64,000 bases of DNA from Octopus bimaculoides (lineage: Eukaryota). The DNA is taken from positions 56,770,950 through 56,834,949 of the forward strand of contig NC_068990.1 in assembly GCF_001194135.2 (NCBI RefSeq). Reading direction: 5' to 3'. The notes beneath the pieces were generated by a model, which was given only the letters and a program-made list of their open reading frames with translations, had not been told where the DNA came from and did no database searches. Both the position numbers and the translations under genes were made by a program. Shown one piece after another: positions 63,001-64,000 of the stretch (the first letter of the stretch is position 1; every line of letters starts with the position of its first letter).

Positions 63001-63282
63001 AACAATGTACAAGATGAGTAAAAATATCCGTCGAATGTAAATGATGTACATAATTCCTCATCTCTTAAATATAGAACTGGGCTTCTTTCAGTTTTCATCT
63101 ACCAAATCCACTCACAAGGTTTTGGCCAGCCTGAGGCTATAGCAGAAAATACTTACCCAAGGAGCCATGCAATGGGACTGAACCTGGAACCATATGGCTG
63201 GGAAGCAAGCTTCTTACCACACAGCCACGCCTGTGCCTGTGTACTTCTTCAGGTTTTGTTTTCTTTTATAACCCATGATTAA

Positions 63283-63494
63283 CCTTTCAGCATTCAGATT
63301 ACTCTGTCAAATGTAATGCTTATTTATTCATATTGTCTTGAATTAATGATGCATTATCTTATAGTTTCAATGATGTCATTGTTTAATTTTTGAATAACAG
63401 TGTAGGTTAGGTGTGAGAGGCCATATCTGGCTGATTTGAACATAAAACAGGTAGAATATTTGGGCCAGATATGGTCAGTTTAAATGTTGAAAGA
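63283..63494. mobile_element. piggyBac-type MITE family 2
   Basis: TTAA-CCTTTCAGCATTC ... AAATGTTGAAAGA-TTAA. Confidence 0.8.
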
Positions 63495-63589
63495 TTAAAG
63501 ACATTCCAGACTTAAACGTTTGATTTCTTAACCTAAGCACATTTCACCTAGGACCATATTTTTGAACTTGTACTTCTTTTCTGGCTGTT

Positions 63590-63822
63590 GCCAGTGAGAG
63601 TGGCCATTGCCAATACCGCCTGACTGGCCTTCGTGCTGGTGGCACGTAAAAGCACCCACTACACTCTCAGAGTGGTTGGCATTAGGAAGGGCATTCAGCT
63701 GTAGAAACTCAGTCAAATCAGATTGGAGCCTGGTGTAGCCATCTGGTTCACCAGTCCTCAGTCAAATCGTCCAACCCATGTTAGCATGGAAAGCGGACGT
63801 TAAATGATGATGATGATGATAC
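63590..63822 (+). mobile_element. Family D copy, young
   Basis: AAAAGCACCCACTACACTCTCAGAGTGGTTGGCATTAGGAAGGGC ... GCGGACGTTAAATGATGATGATGATGA. Confidence 0.8.
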
Positions 63823-64000
63823 AATGTGATTTGAGGGGAATTTTCCTTGACTGCTATTTCTAGTAGGCATAATGATTACACAGAAGCTCCCTCATTGACG
63901 AAAATATGCAAGTTTTTATGGCAAAACAATTACCACAGCCGAAGAAGCAATTCTAAGAGATAAGTTCCTATTTATAACATGTTACAATAAAATTTCAGGA

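Larger units (their letters stand above)
62447..63077. mobile_element. Head-to-head palindromic retroelement; each arm has a tRNA-like head, (AAT)n and a hammerhead motif
   Basis: 13-bp TSD TGGGCTTCTTTCA (62434-62446, 63078-63090); arms are reverse complements; centre CACTACGCCATATGCCC-GT-GGGCATATGGCATAGTG. Confidence 0.85.
62165..63236 (-). mobile_element. SINE family A host split by nested insertions
   Basis: 3' module 62165-62446; head resumes at 63078-63236. Confidence 0.85.

Overview
AT-rich, repeat-saturated eukaryotic draft-assembly DNA with 12 N-gaps, most of them flanked by (TA)n/(CA)n. The microsatellite load and SINE repertoire point to an octopus genome (inference). No host protein-coding gene can be supported: the ORF track is microsatellites, N-runs and transposon debris, leaving only a few low-confidence splice-site and exon candidates. 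The window holds dozens of copies of three tRNA-headed or conserved-core SINE families (labelled A, B, C here) and a (GAT)n-tailed retroposon 3' family (D). It also holds decayed RTE, CR1/L2-group, R4/Dong-like and Penelope-like retroelement fragments; Tc1, mariner and maT-like transposase relics (Tc1 and mariner with both TIRs and TA flanks); TTAA-flanked piggyBac-type MITEs; three long foldback elements beside (TA)n; and two ~175-bp solo-LTR-like inserts with 5-bp TSDs. The most interesting object is at 62447-63077: a head-to-head palindromic retroelement bounded by a 13-bp TSD. Each arm has a tRNA-like Pol III head, an (AAT)n linker and a minimal type I hammerhead ribozyme. The minus-strand arm keeps an intact head and catalytic core, while the plus-strand arm has decayed in both. 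Most SINE boundaries are approximate (+/-10-20 bp).
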